Shown: positions 1-12,029, numbered from the stretch's first letter. The stretch: 64,000 nucleotides of DNA from Nitrospirota bacterium (GCA_963749655.1 CAVVOB010000027.1:9542-73541); one strand, 5' to 3'. Numbers and translations are program-made. The notes: a model not told the origin generated them from the letters alone.

Positions 1-1293
<1,293 letters not shown>

Positions 1294-1339
1294 TTACGGT
1301 AAGTTGAAGCTCTCCACGTAACTATCGGCAAGAACCGGT

Positions 1340-2503
1340 TTACACCCCTGCTGCCTTCCTGATAGCATCCACCATGTCGAGCCGCTCCCAGGTAAAGCCT
1401 TCTTTTTCGTTTCTCCCAAAATGGCCGCCGCAGGCCGTTCTTTTATATATGGGCTTCAAGAGATCCAGCTTCTCTATGATCTTTCTGGGCCGTAAATCGA
1501 AAAGCTCCAGAACGATCTGGGAAATCCTGTCAGGGCTGATCTTCGATGTCCCCTCGGTATCGATCATAACGGAAACGGGCTGTGCAACGCCGATAGTGTA
1601 TGCAACCTGTATTTCGAGCTTTTCGGCAAGGCCCGCAGCTACAAGGTTTTTCGCGATATAGCGTGCCATGTATGATGCGCTCCTGTCCACTTTTGAGGGG
1701 TCCTTGCCGGAGAATGCGCCGCCGCCGTGGCGTCCGCCGCCATAGGTATCGACAATGATCTTCCTGCCCGTCATTCCGCAGTCTCCCTTGGGACCGCCCA
1801 CGACAAACCTGCCCGTAGAATTAATATATATCTTTGTGTTTGTGTCCATGAGCTCTGCGGGCATAATTTTCTTGATCACTTCTTCGGTTATGCCTTCCCT
1901 GATCTTCTCGATCGTTACATCAGGATTATGCTGTGCGGCAATAACAACCGCGTCAACCCGTACAGGCTTCTTGTCGATATATTCAATGGTTACCTGGCTC
2001 TTGCCGTCAGGCCTCAAGAAATTAAGGATACCTTTCTTGCGCACTTCGGCAAGTCGCGTCACAAGCTTATGAGCGTACATAATCGGCATAGGCATATATT
2101 CAGGAGTCTCGTTGCAGGCGTAGCCGAACATGAGGCCCTGATCTCCCGCTCCCTGTTCGTGATCGGCCGATTCATTGACGCCCATGGCGATGTCGGGCGA
2201 CTGCTCATCGATGACCGTGAGGACCGCACAGGTCTCCCAATCGAAGCCCATAGAGGAATCGTTGTATCCGATCTCTTTGACGGTCTGCCTGACTATGTCG
2301 GGGATGTTTGCGTAGCTGCTCGTTGTGATTTCGCCGCCAACGAGCGCGAGTCCTGTTGTCACATATGATTCGCAGGCCACTCGGGCCTTCGGGTCCTGTT
2401 CGATGATGGCATCGAGCACTGCGTCAGATATCTGGTCGGCAACCTTGTCCGGGTGCCCTTCAGCTACCGATTCTGATGTGTAAAGAAATCTACTCATTCC
2501 CAT
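1340..2503 (-). CDS. metK: S-adenosylmethionine synthetase
   Basis: [41 protein letters not shown]. Confidence 0.98.
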   Translation of the reverse strand: MGMSRFLYTSESVAEGHPDKVADQISDAVLDAIIEQDPKARVACESYVTTGLALVGGEITTSSYANIPDIVRQTVKEIGYNDSSMGFDWETCAVLTVIDEQSPDIAMGVNESADHEQGAGDQGLMFGYACNETPEYMPMPIMYAHKLVTRLAEVRKKGILNFLRPDGKSQVTIEYIDKKPVRVDAVVIAAQHNPDVTIEKIREGITEEVIKKIMPAELMDTNTKIYINSTGRFVVGGPKGDCGMTGRKIIVDTYGGGRHGGGAFSGKDPSKVDRSASYMARYIAKNLVAAGLAEKLEIQVAYTIGVAQPVSVMIDTEGTSKISPDRISQIVLELFDLRPRKIIEKLDLLKPIYKRTACGGHFGRNEKEGFTWERLDMVDAIRKAAGV

Positions 2504-2623
2504 TTTGTTATACCTCCTTAGGTTTATTCAAATTTGGTGTGCCGAGTTCTGTTCTGCTTGTTCAGCGAATGCGTTGCTTTTTACCCTTATCGCTTTAAAC
2601 AGTTGGAAAACTTAACACTATAT

Positions 2624-4408
2624 TCACTCGTCTTTGTTCATTGCAAAATCTTCCGGGAAAAGTCTTGTCATCTCCTTTCTCAACAAATATTCGCCAGCCT
2701 TAGCCGAATCCTTGCTCAGAACCTCATTCAACAAGGCCTTGCAATAACTATGTTCGAGTCCCCGTATGATCTTTTTTATCTTCGGAATGGCGTAGGCGTT
2801 CATGCTCAATTCATCGAGTTCCAAACCCAGTAATATAGGTACATAGAGCGGCTCACCAGCCATTTCTCCGCATAAGGCGACTTCAATTTTGTGTGCATGG
2901 GCAGCTTGAACCGTCTGTTTGATCATTCTCAGCACAGCGGGGTGGAGCGGCTCGTAAAGGTACGACACGTATTCATTTCCTCTGTCGATAGCGAGGGTAT
3001 ACTGGATGAGGTCATTCGTCCCGATGCTGAAGAAATCTACCTCCGGCGCGAGTATGTCGCTTATCATGCACGTGGAAGGTACTTCTATCATGATACCGAT
3101 TTTTATGTTCCGGTTGAAGTCAACTCCATCATCGGCCAGTTCCTCCATACATTCCCGTATTATCGTCTTTGTCTTTTTTACCTCGTCTATGCCGGAGATC
3201 ATCGGGATCAATATTTTTAGAGGCCCGAAAGCGCTCGCCCGCAGTATGCCCATGAGCTGGGACCTGAAAATATCCGTTTCCTTGATACAAAGTCTGATGG
3301 CCCTCAAGCCCATGGCCGGGTTCATCTCCTTCGGTATTCCCGCATCGGACACGAACTTGTCTCCGCCTATATCGAGTGTTCGTATCGTGACATATTCCAA
3401 CTCCTCGCTCTCAGCAAGCTTCTTGTAGATGTGGTAGTGGTCCATCTCCGTGGGTAACACCTTTTTCGACAGGTAAATATACTCCGTCCTGTAGAGTCCA
3501 ACCCCCTGAGCGCCATACTTTTCGATAATGTCCATTTCTGCGAGAAGCTCTATGTTTGCGCCGACTTTAACCTTGTACCCATCCTTGGTTTCAGATTTCA
3601 GTTTTGCGATCTTTAGGAACTCTCTCTTCTGGTTCTTCAGATGGAGATGCTTTGCAATGTAGTCTTTCTGAATCTCTTTTGTCGGGTTGATTATGACAAC
3701 GCCCTGGTCGCCGTCGATGATGATGGTGTCGTTGTTCTTGACGAGACTCGTGAGGTTGCCGACCCCGACAACAGCCGGAATTTCCAGAGCCCTGGCAACG
3801 ATCGAAGTATGTGACGTTCGTCCGCCCACGTCGGTGACGAACCCCGATATCTTGGTGAGGTTCAATTGAATGGTGTCCGCGGGGGACAGATCGTGGGCAA
3901 CAATGATTGATTTTCCTTTTATGCCGGCGCTGTCCAGGCCCGACGTCTTTCCTTTTACCAGTATCCGGGCAAGTCTGTCGTATATATACTTTATGTCCTG
4001 GCCGCGCTCCCTCAAATAGGGGTCTTCCACCTTTTCGAAACCTGCGAGGAATTTTGACACGACAATATCGAGGGCCCATTCGGCGTTTATTCTTCTGTCC
4101 CTGATCGCTTCGATCACGCCGTTTGCAAAAAAATCGTCCTGGAGAATCAGCACGTGTGCGTCTATGATGAACGTGTGCTTCCTTATTTCATCGTCAGGTA
4201 TGGTTTGCTTGACATTGTTTAATTCTTCTATGGCATCTTTCAGGGCATGCCGAAACCGAACGACCTCCCTTTCTATATGATCTTCTCTGACAGAGCGCCT
4301 GGTGATAGGTATCTTACCTCTTTCGAGTAAGTGCACCTTACCAAAGGTGACGCCCGACGAAGCGCCTACGCCTCTCAAAATCTTGTTTGCAAGCACATCT
4401 TCTTTCAT
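2624..4408 (-). CDS. ptsI: PEP-protein phosphotransferase (PTS enzyme I)
   Basis: GGRTSHTSI phospho-His, GLYRTE, EMNPAMGLRAIR, DFFSIGTNDLIQY, CGEMAG. Confidence 0.97.
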   Translation of the reverse strand: MKEDVLANKILRGVGASSGVTFGKVHLLERGKIPITRRSVREDHIEREVVRFRHALKDAIEELNNVKQTIPDDEIRKHTFIIDAHVLILQDDFFANGVIEAIRDRRINAEWALDIVVSKFLAGFEKVEDPYLRERGQDIKYIYDRLARILVKGKTSGLDSAGIKGKSIIVAHDLSPADTIQLNLTKISGFVTDVGGRTSHTSIVARALEIPAVVGVGNLTSLVKNNDTIIIDGDQGVVIINPTKEIQKDYIAKHLHLKNQKREFLKIAKLKSETKDGYKVKVGANIELLAEMDIIEKYGAQGVGLYRTEYIYLSKKVLPTEMDHYHIYKKLAESEELEYVTIRTLDIGGDKFVSDAGIPKEMNPAMGLRAIRLCIKETDIFRSQLMGILRASAFGPLKILIPMISGIDEVKKTKTIIRECMEELADDGVDFNRNIKIGIMIEVPSTCMISDILAPEVDFFSIGTNDLIQYTLAIDRGNEYVSYLYEPLHPAVLRMIKQTVQAAHAHKIEVALCGEMAGEPLYVPILLGLELDELSMNAYAIPKIKKIIRGLEHSYCKALLNEVLSKDSAKAGEYLLRKEMTRLFPEDFAMNKDE

Positions 4409-4671
4409 GTTTCGTTGAATCCGTCTTCGATTAATCGGCCAAGCTCTTGCAGGGCCTGCTGCTCATCGCTGCCTTCAATCTTAAGGGTGATTTTGCTCCC
4501 AAGAGGACATGCAAGCATCAAAAGACCCATGATGCTTTTTCCATTAACGGTTGTGCCGTCCTTCTCCATGAAGATCGCTGAAGTAAACTCACAAGCCCTT
4601 TTCACAAAGGTAGCGGCCGGCCTCGCGTGGAGGCCCAGTTTGTTCTTAACGGTAAAGGTGCCTTCCACCAC
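4405..4671 (-). CDS. ptsH: Phosphocarrier protein HPr
   Basis: NKLGLHARPAA and NGKSIMGLLML motifs. Confidence 0.97.
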   Translation of the reverse strand: MVEGTFTVKNKLGLHARPAATFVKRACEFTSAIFMEKDGTTVNGKSIMGLLMLACPLGSKITLKIEGSDEQQALQELGRLIEDGFNET

Positions 4672-4677
4672 TTGGCT

Positions 4678-5088
4678 CTAAGCCTTCTTCCTCGTTTTCA
4701 GTATATCGGTTGCAAGGCATATATTGTTCTGCCCGTATTGCGTGATGAAATGGGCAAGCTCGTCCAACTGCTTCCCCTCTCTATACGTGATAAGTTTTAT
4801 TAACATGGGCAGGTTTACCCCCGTAACCACTTCGACTTTTCCTTCTTCCAAAAAGGAAAGGCTTATATTGGAAGGGGTGCCTCCGAACATATCCGTCATG
4901 ATCAATACGCCGTCGCCCGTTTCCGTTGCCTTTACTGCATCAGTAAGCCTTTTCTTGATTTTCTCCACCTCTTCGTCAGGAAAAATATCCACGGACTCAA
5001 ACTGACTTTGTTTACCCAGTATCAGATCGGTAGCTGCCACCATTTCTTTTGCCAGATTAAAATGGGCAACTACGACTAAACCTACCAT
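4678..5088 (-). CDS. PTS EIIA component, mannose/fructose family
   Basis: VVVAHF, MTDMFGGTPSN, TGVNLPML. Confidence 0.93.
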   Translation of the reverse strand: MVGLVVVAHFNLAKEMVAATDLILGKQSQFESVDIFPDEEVEKIKKRLTDAVKATETGDGVLIMTDMFGGTPSNISLSFLEEGKVEVVTGVNLPMLIKLITYREGKQLDELAHFITQYGQNNICLATDILKTRKKA

Positions 5089-5103
5089 TATGCCTCCTTG
5101 CCA

Positions 5104-5949
5104 TTACTTTTCTATGTCGCGGTGGAGAGTGGAGACGTTGTGACCCATAGCAAGAAGCTGCTCAGCAAGTTTGCTCACAATAAAAACAGACCTATGCTTT
5201 CCACCTGTGCAGCCGAAACACAGAGTAAGGTAACTTTTGCCTTCCTTCTCAAACAAAGGTATAAGATATAACAAAAAATCAAAAAGCAAAAGAAAATACT
5301 TGTTATAAACATCGTCTGAAAGTATGTAATCGGCAACCTCACTTGAAAGTCCTGTCTTATCTCTCAACCCCTCAACAAAATAGGGGTTCGGCAAAAATCT
5401 CACATCAAGAACCATGTCAGCCTCAAGAGGCACTCCGTAGCTATAGCCAAAGGACATGAGGTTTATTTTCATCCTGTAATCGGTCTGGCCGTAAGCTTTG
5501 AGTGCTGTGCGTCTCAGCTCATGAGGCGTAAGGTACGAAGTATCTATCACTTTATCGGAGATGTCTTTTATCCAGCCCACAAGCCTTCTTTCTTCTTGCA
5601 ACGCATCCTTTACGTTGGAGGTTGTGTACAGAGGGTGAAGCCTTCTGGTTTCCTTGAACCTTTTAAGCAGGGCTTCTTCAGAGCTTTCAAGGAATACCAA
5701 TTCCGCACCGAATTTTTCTTTGATGTTCTTTAAGATTACCTTGCCCACGTCGAAGAACTCTTTTTCTCGAATATCCACCACTATGGCGCATTTTTCGACC
5801 TTATCGCCTATCAACTCGGACAGTTCCGAGAATTTCTGGAGCAGAACAAGCGGAAAATGGTCTACGCAAAAATAGCCGATATCTTCAAGTGCTCTCAGGA
5901 ACGTTGTCTTGCCGGAACCGGATATACCGCTCAGAATAATTAGCTTCAT
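5104..5949 (-). CDS. rapZ: RNase adapter RapZ (P-loop protein)
   Basis: SGISGSGKT, LEDIGYFCVD, DVRFLPNPY, GCTGGKHRSV. Confidence 0.96.
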   Translation of the reverse strand: MKLIILSGISGSGKTTFLRALEDIGYFCVDHFPLVLLQKFSELSELIGDKVEKCAIVVDIREKEFFDVGKVILKNIKEKFGAELVFLESSEEALLKRFKETRRLHPLYTTSNVKDALQEERRLVGWIKDISDKVIDTSYLTPHELRRTALKAYGQTDYRMKINLMSFGYSYGVPLEADMVLDVRFLPNPYFVEGLRDKTGLSSEVADYILSDDVYNKYFLLLFDFLLYLIPLFEKEGKSYLTLCFGCTGGKHRSVFIVSKLAEQLLAMGHNVSTLHRDIEK

Positions 5950-6887
5950 GGCTTTTCTTCTGTCCTCATCGATTTCAGAATCTTTTCTTCCAACTCCACA
6001 GCCGTGTTTATTCCCTGTTTCTTCAAAATGTAATTTCTGCAGGCAAGCTCTATGATAGTCGAGGCATTCCTCCCCGGGCTGATAGGGATCCTGACCAAGG
6101 GCACGTCAATGCTCAAGAGTCTGTACTTATCCTCCCGAAAGCCAATCCTGTCGTATTCTTCCTTTTCGTTCCAGTCAAGAAGCTCCACAACGAGGTCTAT
6201 TCTTTTTTTCTCTCTCACCGAAGATACGCCGAACAGACGCCCGATGTCTACTATCCCTATCCCCCTTATCTCCAACAAGTTCTTGATCATCTCCGGAGAT
6301 TCCCCGTAGAGATCTATCGCTCCCATCTTCTTTATGTAAGTCACGTCATCAACAATCAGCCTGTGTCCTCTCGTGATCAGCTCGAGAGCGCTCTCGCTCT
6401 TTCCTATGCCAGGCCTTCCTACTATTAAAACCCCAACCCCGATTACATCCATCAGCACCCCGTGCACCGTTGTTGAGGGCGCGAGCTTCTCCTCGAGGAG
6501 TTTGGTAATCCTTTCGATAAATACGGAGGTGATGAGCTTGGAGCGCAAGAATGGTATTCTTTTCTCCTCTGCTTCGGTAAGAAAATGGGCTGGAACTTTC
6601 AGGTTCCGCGTCACGATAAAACAGACCACATCGTTCTTGCATAGGTCCTTGATGATACCCTCCCCTTCTGCTTCCGGAAGGGATCTCAGGTATGAGATTT
6701 CCGTGTTCCCGAGAATCTGGATTCTATGCGGATGCAGGTATGCCATATGACCTGTGATTACCAGACCAAGTTTCTGAATCCTGGGATTGTATATTTTTCT
6801 GGAGAGACCCTTGAGTCCCGAGATGGCTTCGAGTTCCAGCCCGTATGATTTGTCATCGATGAGTCCCTGAACAGCTATGCCTTTCAT
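5946..6887 (-). CDS. hprK: HPr kinase/phosphorylase
   Basis: HGVLMDV.G.GVLI.GRPGIGKSE.ALELI.RGHRL..DD, LEIRGIGI. Confidence 0.96.
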   Translation of the reverse strand: MKGIAVQGLIDDKSYGLELEAISGLKGLSRKIYNPRIQKLGLVITGHMAYLHPHRIQILGNTEISYLRSLPEAEGEGIIKDLCKNDVVCFIVTRNLKVPAHFLTEAEEKRIPFLRSKLITSVFIERITKLLEEKLAPSTTVHGVLMDVIGVGVLIVGRPGIGKSESALELITRGHRLIVDDVTYIKKMGAIDLYGESPEMIKNLLEIRGIGIVDIGRLFGVSSVREKKRIDLVVELLDWNEKEEYDRIGFREDKYRLLSIDVPLVRIPISPGRNASTIIELACRNYILKKQGINTAVELEEKILKSMRTEEKP

Positions 6888-6939
6888 CTTTGAGCTTCTG
6901 GGTTAGGAGATGCAGACTGCGGATAGAAAGACGCCACCG

Positions 6940-7401
6940 TCAAATCTTGCCGTCCTCTTCAACAATAGCGTTGTATATGTCGCGTGAGGAGGAGAGTTCA
7001 GTGAGTCTTTTCCTGAAGGAGGGGTCTCTCAATAGCTTTGAGATGCGGGATAATGTCTTGAGGTGCAGGCTTGCCGAGTCCTCAGGCGCAAGGAGCAAAA
7101 AAAAGATATGGACCGGTTTTGAGTCCACAGCGTCAAAATCTAAGCCTTCTTTTGATTTTCCGAAGGCGCAGAGTATACTGTGCAGACCCTTCATCTTACC
7201 GTGTGGAATTGCTACACCATCACCAATACCGGTGCTGCCAAGCTTTTCCCGCTCAAGGATAACGCTGACCGCTTTTTCAATATCTTCTACGAGATGCGCC
7301 TTCTTTAATGTATCGACGAGCTCAAGAAGGACTTCGTTCTTTGTCTTGCCTTTTAGGTCGGCTACGACACACGAGTCCTTGAGAATGTCTTCCATTCTCA
7401 T
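6940..7401 (-). CDS. ptsN: PTS EIIA(Ntr)
   Basis: EREKLGSTGIGDGVAIPHGK; position in the rpoN operon. Confidence 0.93.
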   Translation of the reverse strand: MRMEDILKDSCVVADLKGKTKNEVLLELVDTLKKAHLVEDIEKAVSVILEREKLGSTGIGDGVAIPHGKMKGLHSILCAFGKSKEGLDFDAVDSKPVHIFFLLLAPEDSASLHLKTLSRISKLLRDPSFRKRLTELSSSRDIYNAIVEEDGKI

Positions 7402-7922
7402 GCCGGTTTTCCCGTGGTTTCGATCAGACCAAAATTACCGTCTTTTCTTCTGTAAGCCACGCATACATTGCCTCTTTCGGTACTGCTGAAAATGATAAAG
7501 TTGTCTCCTGATGCTTCAAGCTGCATAGTCGCTTCTTCTGGATCCATCGGTTTTGCATCTATGGCCTTCGTCACGATGATATTTGAGCCGGCGCTCTCCT
7601 TGGTCAAGACGCCTCGCTTTGGCTTGTTTTCGCGGTACTTTTTCAGCTTGTCTCTGTACCGTGTCAATCTTCGCTCCAGCTTATCAAGAATCTTATCTAT
7701 CGCTGCTCGCATATCATCCATGACTTCATGAGCATTTATGACTACGCCGTTCAAAGTAAACATGACATCGATTCTGTGCCTGTATTTTCTTTCAAGAGAG
7801 AGTACCACATGGACGTCGAGAGGGGCTTCGACAAATTTTTGCAGTCGTGCTATCTTCTCCTCTGCGTATTTCTTAACGTTCTCGTCAGGCTCGAGATGTC
7901 TAAAGCTTATCGTTATGTCCAT
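7398..7922 (-). CDS. hpf: Ribosome hibernation promoting factor, long form
   Basis: MDITISFRH..., DMRAAIDKILDKLERRLTRYRDK, C-terminal KPMDPEEA...YRRKDGNFGLIE; start at 7922 follows GAGG. Confidence 0.94.
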   Translation of the reverse strand: MDITISFRHLEPDENVKKYAEEKIARLQKFVEAPLDVHVVLSLERKYRHRIDVMFTLNGVVINAHEVMDDMRAAIDKILDKLERRLTRYRDKLKKYRENKPKRGVLTKESAGSNIIVTKAIDAKPMDPEEATMQLEASGDNFIIFSSTERGNVCVAYRRKDGNFGLIETTGKPA

Positions 7923-8008
7923 ATTGCCTCCGAGTATAAAAATAAGGTTGGCAGACACCAACCCTAATTACAAGGTTAACAGATATAGTATATGGTGTCA
8001 ATCCCAAT

Positions 8009-9394
8009 TCAATTCAAGGCTTTTCTCTCTCGCGAAGAGCCTATATTGAGCATTTCTCTGTACTTTGCTATGGTCCTCCGGGCAACTTTAATGTTGCGTC
8101 CTACTTTCAGTCGCACGACAATCTCATCGTCCGTCAAAGGATTATCTTTATTTTCTTTATGGACAAATTCCAGAATCAAGTCTTTTATGATATTTGTGGA
8201 AAGTTGATCGCCTTCTTCCTGAAAAATACCCGTAGGAAAGAAGAATTTTAGCTCAAAAACTCCATATTGCGTGCTCATATATTTATTGGTCGTGATCCGA
8301 CTGACCGTTGATTCATGGACTCCCACATCCTGGGCTATGTCTTTGAGTATAAGGGGCTTCAAGAATCGTATCCCTCTCTCAAAAAAGTCCTGCTGGTACT
8401 TCACGATACTTTTTGACACAAGGTAGAGAGTTTTTTGCCGCTGCTTCAGGCTCTTTATGAACCATTCAGCCTGTTTCACTTTTCTCTTTATATATCTTTT
8501 CGTTTCGCCGTCGATATTCTTGTCGGCATAAAGACCTACGTAATACTTATTAATCTTAAGCTCCGGCACGTCTTCGTCGCTCAAGTACACTTCAAAGCCC
8601 TCTTCCCCCTTCGCTACGTAAACATCGGGGACGACGTAGGAAGTCAGGTCGTCGCTAAAATTCCTTCCCGGCTTTGGGTCAAACCCTTTTATCGTATTAA
8701 GAACATCCTGGATCTTTTCCGGCGGGTACCCCGTTCTTTTTGCGATTTCCTTGACGCCTACGCTCTGGAATAGCTCAAAGGACGAGTTTACAACATCTTC
8801 AAAAATGGGGTCTTTCTCCCCCTTCGTCTCATACTGAAGCAGAATACATTCCTTCAGGTCTCTTGCGCCAATGCCCGGTGGGTCAAGCTTTTGAATCTTT
8901 TTGAGAACAACCTCGAGCATCTCCGGCGCATAGCCCGATGTCTTTGAAATCTCCTCAAGAGGATAGGCAAGGTAACCGTTATCATCGATATTCTCGATGA
9001 TCCATTCCGCGGCAATTCGCTCGTTAGGGTCGAACTGGGACAGCCCGATTTGCCATCTCAGGTAATCGGTGAGGTTGCCCTCCTTCTTGACAATGTTCTC
9101 ATAATCGGGATACTCTCGATCATCTCTCGGCGTGTATTCTTCGGAAGAGGTATATCTTTCGAGGAACTCGGCTGTGTCGTCCTTCTCTTGGGTTCGCTCT
9201 TCCTCAGGCTCCTTCTCCCGGGCCTGCTCCTCTTCAACCTCTTTTTCCCTCGCTTCCAAAACCGGGTTCTCGTTAAGCTCCTGCTCAATAGCCTCCACCA
9301 GCTCCAATTGCGACAATTGCAGGAGCTTTATTGCCTGCTGAAGCTGCTGCGTCAGTACGGGTAGAAGCTTCTGTGTTTGTTTAAGTTCCAACAT
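8009..9394 (-). CDS. rpoN: RNA polymerase sigma-54 factor
   Basis: Gln-rich region I (LQQAIKLLQLS), HESTVSR HTH, RpoN box ARRTIAKYRE. Confidence 0.98.
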   Translation of the reverse strand: MLELKQTQKLLPVLTQQLQQAIKLLQLSQLELVEAIEQELNENPVLEAREKEVEEEQAREKEPEEERTQEKDDTAEFLERYTSSEEYTPRDDREYPDYENIVKKEGNLTDYLRWQIGLSQFDPNERIAAEWIIENIDDNGYLAYPLEEISKTSGYAPEMLEVVLKKIQKLDPPGIGARDLKECILLQYETKGEKDPIFEDVVNSSFELFQSVGVKEIAKRTGYPPEKIQDVLNTIKGFDPKPGRNFSDDLTSYVVPDVYVAKGEEGFEVYLSDEDVPELKINKYYVGLYADKNIDGETKRYIKRKVKQAEWFIKSLKQRQKTLYLVSKSIVKYQQDFFERGIRFLKPLILKDIAQDVGVHESTVSRITTNKYMSTQYGVFELKFFFPTGIFQEEGDQLSTNIIKDLILEFVHKENKDNPLTDDEIVVRLKVGRNIKVARRTIAKYREMLNIGSSRERKALN

Positions 9395-10124
9395 CGATGT
9401 TAAACTCCTCACCTAAATAGACCTCTCGCACTATCTTATCGTTTGCCACATTTTCAGGCGTTCCTTCGAGGAGTACCTGGCCGTTGTTTACCACATAGGC
9501 TCTGTCGCAAAGCGGGAGAGAGTCCCTTACGTTATGGTCCGAAAGGAGTATACCTATGTCTTTCATCTTCAGACCATTTATTATCTTCTTTAAATCGGAA
9601 ACCGATATGGGGTCAATGCCTGAGAAAGGCTCGTCAAGTAGCATGAAGCGTGGAGCTATCATCAGCGCCCTCGCGATCTCCAGCCTTCTTCTTTCTCCTC
9701 CCGAGAGGGAATCGGCGCTGTTTTTGGACAGGTGGTCCAGCTTGAATGATTCGAGCAGTTCCGCTACCTTATGCCCCATGAGAGTATTGTCCACATTATT
9801 AAACTCAAGAATAGATTTAAGGTTGTCTTCTACGCTCATCTTCTTGAAAATAGACGGTTCCTGCGGCAAATAGGTAATCCCCTTTCGCGCTCTCATAAAC
9901 ATAGGTAGATCCGTAATCTCTTCGGAGCCGAGGAGTATTTTCCCCTGGTCCGGCTTTATAAAGCCTATGATCATGTAAAAGGTGGTTGTCTTGCCAGCCC
10001 CGTTTGGGCCGAACAATCCGACGATCTCGCCCGTTTTCATGTGTAGAGAGACCTTGTTAACTACTTTCCGGCCATTATATGACTTTGTCAGATCGCGGGT
10101 ATGGAGCATCACCTCATGGGGCAT
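9381..10124 (-). CDS. lptB: LPS export ABC transporter ATPase
   Basis: GPNGAGKTT, YLPQEPSIF, LSGGERRRLEIARAL, LDEPFSGIDP. Confidence 0.97.
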   Translation of the reverse strand: MPHEVMLHTRDLTKSYNGRKVVNKVSLHMKTGEIVGLFGPNGAGKTTTFYMIIGFIKPDQGKILLGSEEITDLPMFMRARKGITYLPQEPSIFKKMSVEDNLKSILEFNNVDNTLMGHKVAELLESFKLDHLSKNSADSLSGGERRRLEIARALMIAPRFMLLDEPFSGIDPISVSDLKKIINGLKMKDIGILLSDHNVRDSLPLCDRAYVVNNGQVLLEGTPENVANDKIVREVYLGEEFNIDVGT

Positions 10125-11035
10125 TACTTTTCCATCCTCATTTTGGGTTTTTTGATGGAAAACTTCCTATCGGCCAGACTGTAGACGATAGACTCACCCC
10201 CCATTTCCACTTTATCTTTTAGTATTTTAGGGTTCTCCGTTAGCACCACTCTGTCCTCCCTAAAATGATATACTGCCTTTTCGCTTTTGGCAATAGTCCC
10301 TTTTGAAATCAGTCTCACCTTGCCCTTTGCGTCTATTCTCTCCAGTTCATTGTCTTTACTGATGAGCAAGAGTTTATCGCACATCAGATTCATGTCCTCG
10401 CCCTTCATGATGACCCGGCCGTCAAGGACATACACGTTATCCTTCAAGGCGTAGGTGAATCTGTCTGACTCGAACTTATACTTCCCCTTTGCCGTTTCTA
10501 TGAAACCTGTCACGTCCTTATCAATCCTTACCGTCTCTTCGTTTGTGTCCGCCGTCAAGCCGACGCCGCGCAACGTCAGTTTGGACCCCTCGATGTTTAC
10601 GGGGGCATTCGTGTACGTGACGCCTTTCTTGAAATCAAAATCCATGTATTTACTTCTGAGCCTGTAATCGTTCTTGTAAAGAAAATCCACATCTTCAATC
10701 ATTCCTCTTTCTTGCTCGGTGTTCATCATCCCCTTTGAACCCTTGAAGGAAACCGCCACATCCGCCTTCGGCCTGTATTTGCCCGTGATGTCCTCCATCT
10801 CGATTTCAGGCTTATCGATGTACTTCCTCGCAATCTTTGCATTTATCTCCCAGTCTACAACGCCCTTCTTTTCCCCGGAATACTTTACGTCCTTAAAAAC
10901 TATTACCTTTTTCTCTTCATCCAACACCGGTATCGATATTTTGACGGGTTTCCTAACGAAGAAGTAGATTGCCAGGAAAAGGCAGGCAATGACAAAGACT
11001 GAGGCTACACAAATGATGAGCTTTCTGTCTTTCAT
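10124..11035 (-). CDS. LptC-LptA fusion protein (N-terminal TM helix plus two beta-jellyroll domains)
   Basis: N-terminal TM, LptC-like domain (WEINAKIA...TNAPVNIEG..LTLRGVGL), then LptA/OstA-like domain (VLDGRVIMKGEDMNLMCDKL...AKGKV...AKSEKAVY...VVLTENP); occupies the lptC+lptA slot between kdsD and lptB. Confidence 0.85.
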   Translation of the reverse strand: MKDRKLIICVASVFVIACLFLAIYFFVRKPVKISIPVLDEEKKVIVFKDVKYSGEKKGVVDWEINAKIARKYIDKPEIEMEDITGKYRPKADVAVSFKGSKGMMNTEQERGMIEDVDFLYKNDYRLRSKYMDFDFKKGVTYTNAPVNIEGSKLTLRGVGLTADTNEETVRIDKDVTGFIETAKGKYKFESDRFTYALKDNVYVLDGRVIMKGEDMNLMCDKLLLISKDNELERIDAKGKVRLISKGTIAKSEKAVYHFREDRVVLTENPKILKDKVEMGGESIVYSLADRKFSIKKPKMRMEK

Positions 11036-11051
11036 TCAACTCCATAACTGC

Positions 11052-12029
11052 CTAAACTATTTTTGCCTTTAGAAGGTCGTGAATGTGGATTATTCCTAAG
11101 GGAGTTTTCCCGCCTTCTTTTTCCATTACAAAGAGCGACGTTATGGAGAACTCTTCCATCTGCCCCAGTGCATAGACCGCGAGGGAGTCTTTCAGTATCG
11201 TCTTCGGGTTCGCCGTCATCACATCGCGGGCACGTTTTTCCAAAACGTTGTCATGCTTTTCGATTGCCCTCCGCAAATCGCCATCGGTTATGATGCCCAC
11301 AAGCTCTTCCTTCTTACTGTAGACCCCCGCAACACCTAATCTTTTTGAAGATATCTCAAGGATTGCCTCTTTCATGGAAGCTTCCTCGTACACTTTTGGG
11401 AGGACGTCTCCGACGTGCATCAAATCTTCGACCTTAAGGAGAAGCTTTCTGCCGATCGATCCGCCCGGATGGAGGGAGGCAAAGTCTTCGATCCTGAAGT
11501 TCCTTCGTTCTATCAGGGCTACCGCAATGGCATCGCCGATTGCAAGGGTTGCGGTAGTACTCGAAGTCGGCACCATGTTGAAGGGACAGGCCTCATCTAC
11601 TCTTACGTTGAGAACCACATCTCCCTGTCGCGCTATTGTCGAGTTTGTGTTGCCTGTAATTACCAGTGTCGTTATGCCCATCCTCTTAATCCATGGAAGT
11701 ATACTTATAACCTCCTCCGTCTCGCCGCTGTTGCTCACAACCACGAGCACGTCACTCCCCTGCAGCATGCCGAGGTCTCCGTGCAGAGAATCGGCCGGAT
11801 GGAGGAATAAGGCAGGCGTGCCCACACTCGAAAGAGTGGAGGCAATCTTCTTGCATACGAGCCCGGATTTGCCAATACCCGTGAGAACTATCCTCCCAGA
11901 GCATTTGAATATGATATCGACTGCCTGCTCAAATGAATTGTCAAGGCCATCCATGACCTGCAGGATCGCTTCGGCTTCTTTCTTCAGAACCTCTTTGCCA
12001 ATACTGAGAATGCGCGAGCGCTTAGCCAT
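11052..12029 (-). CDS. kdsD: Arabinose-5-phosphate isomerase (KpsF/GutQ family, SIS + CBS)
   Basis: TGIGKSG, LHPADSLHGDLG, SNSGETEE, PTSSTT, HPGGSIG, CBS pair. Confidence 0.96.
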   Translation of the reverse strand: MAKRSRILSIGKEVLKKEAEAILQVMDGLDNSFEQAVDIIFKCSGRIVLTGIGKSGLVCKKIASTLSSVGTPALFLHPADSLHGDLGMLQGSDVLVVVSNSGETEEVISILPWIKRMGITTLVITGNTNSTIARQGDVVLNVRVDEACPFNMVPTSSTTATLAIGDAIAVALIERRNFRIEDFASLHPGGSIGRKLLLKVEDLMHVGDVLPKVYEEASMKEAILEISSKRLGVAGVYSKKEELVGIITDGDLRRAIEKHDNVLEKRARDVMTANPKTILKDSLAVYALGQMEEFSITSLFVMEKEGGKTPLGIIHIHDLLKAKIV

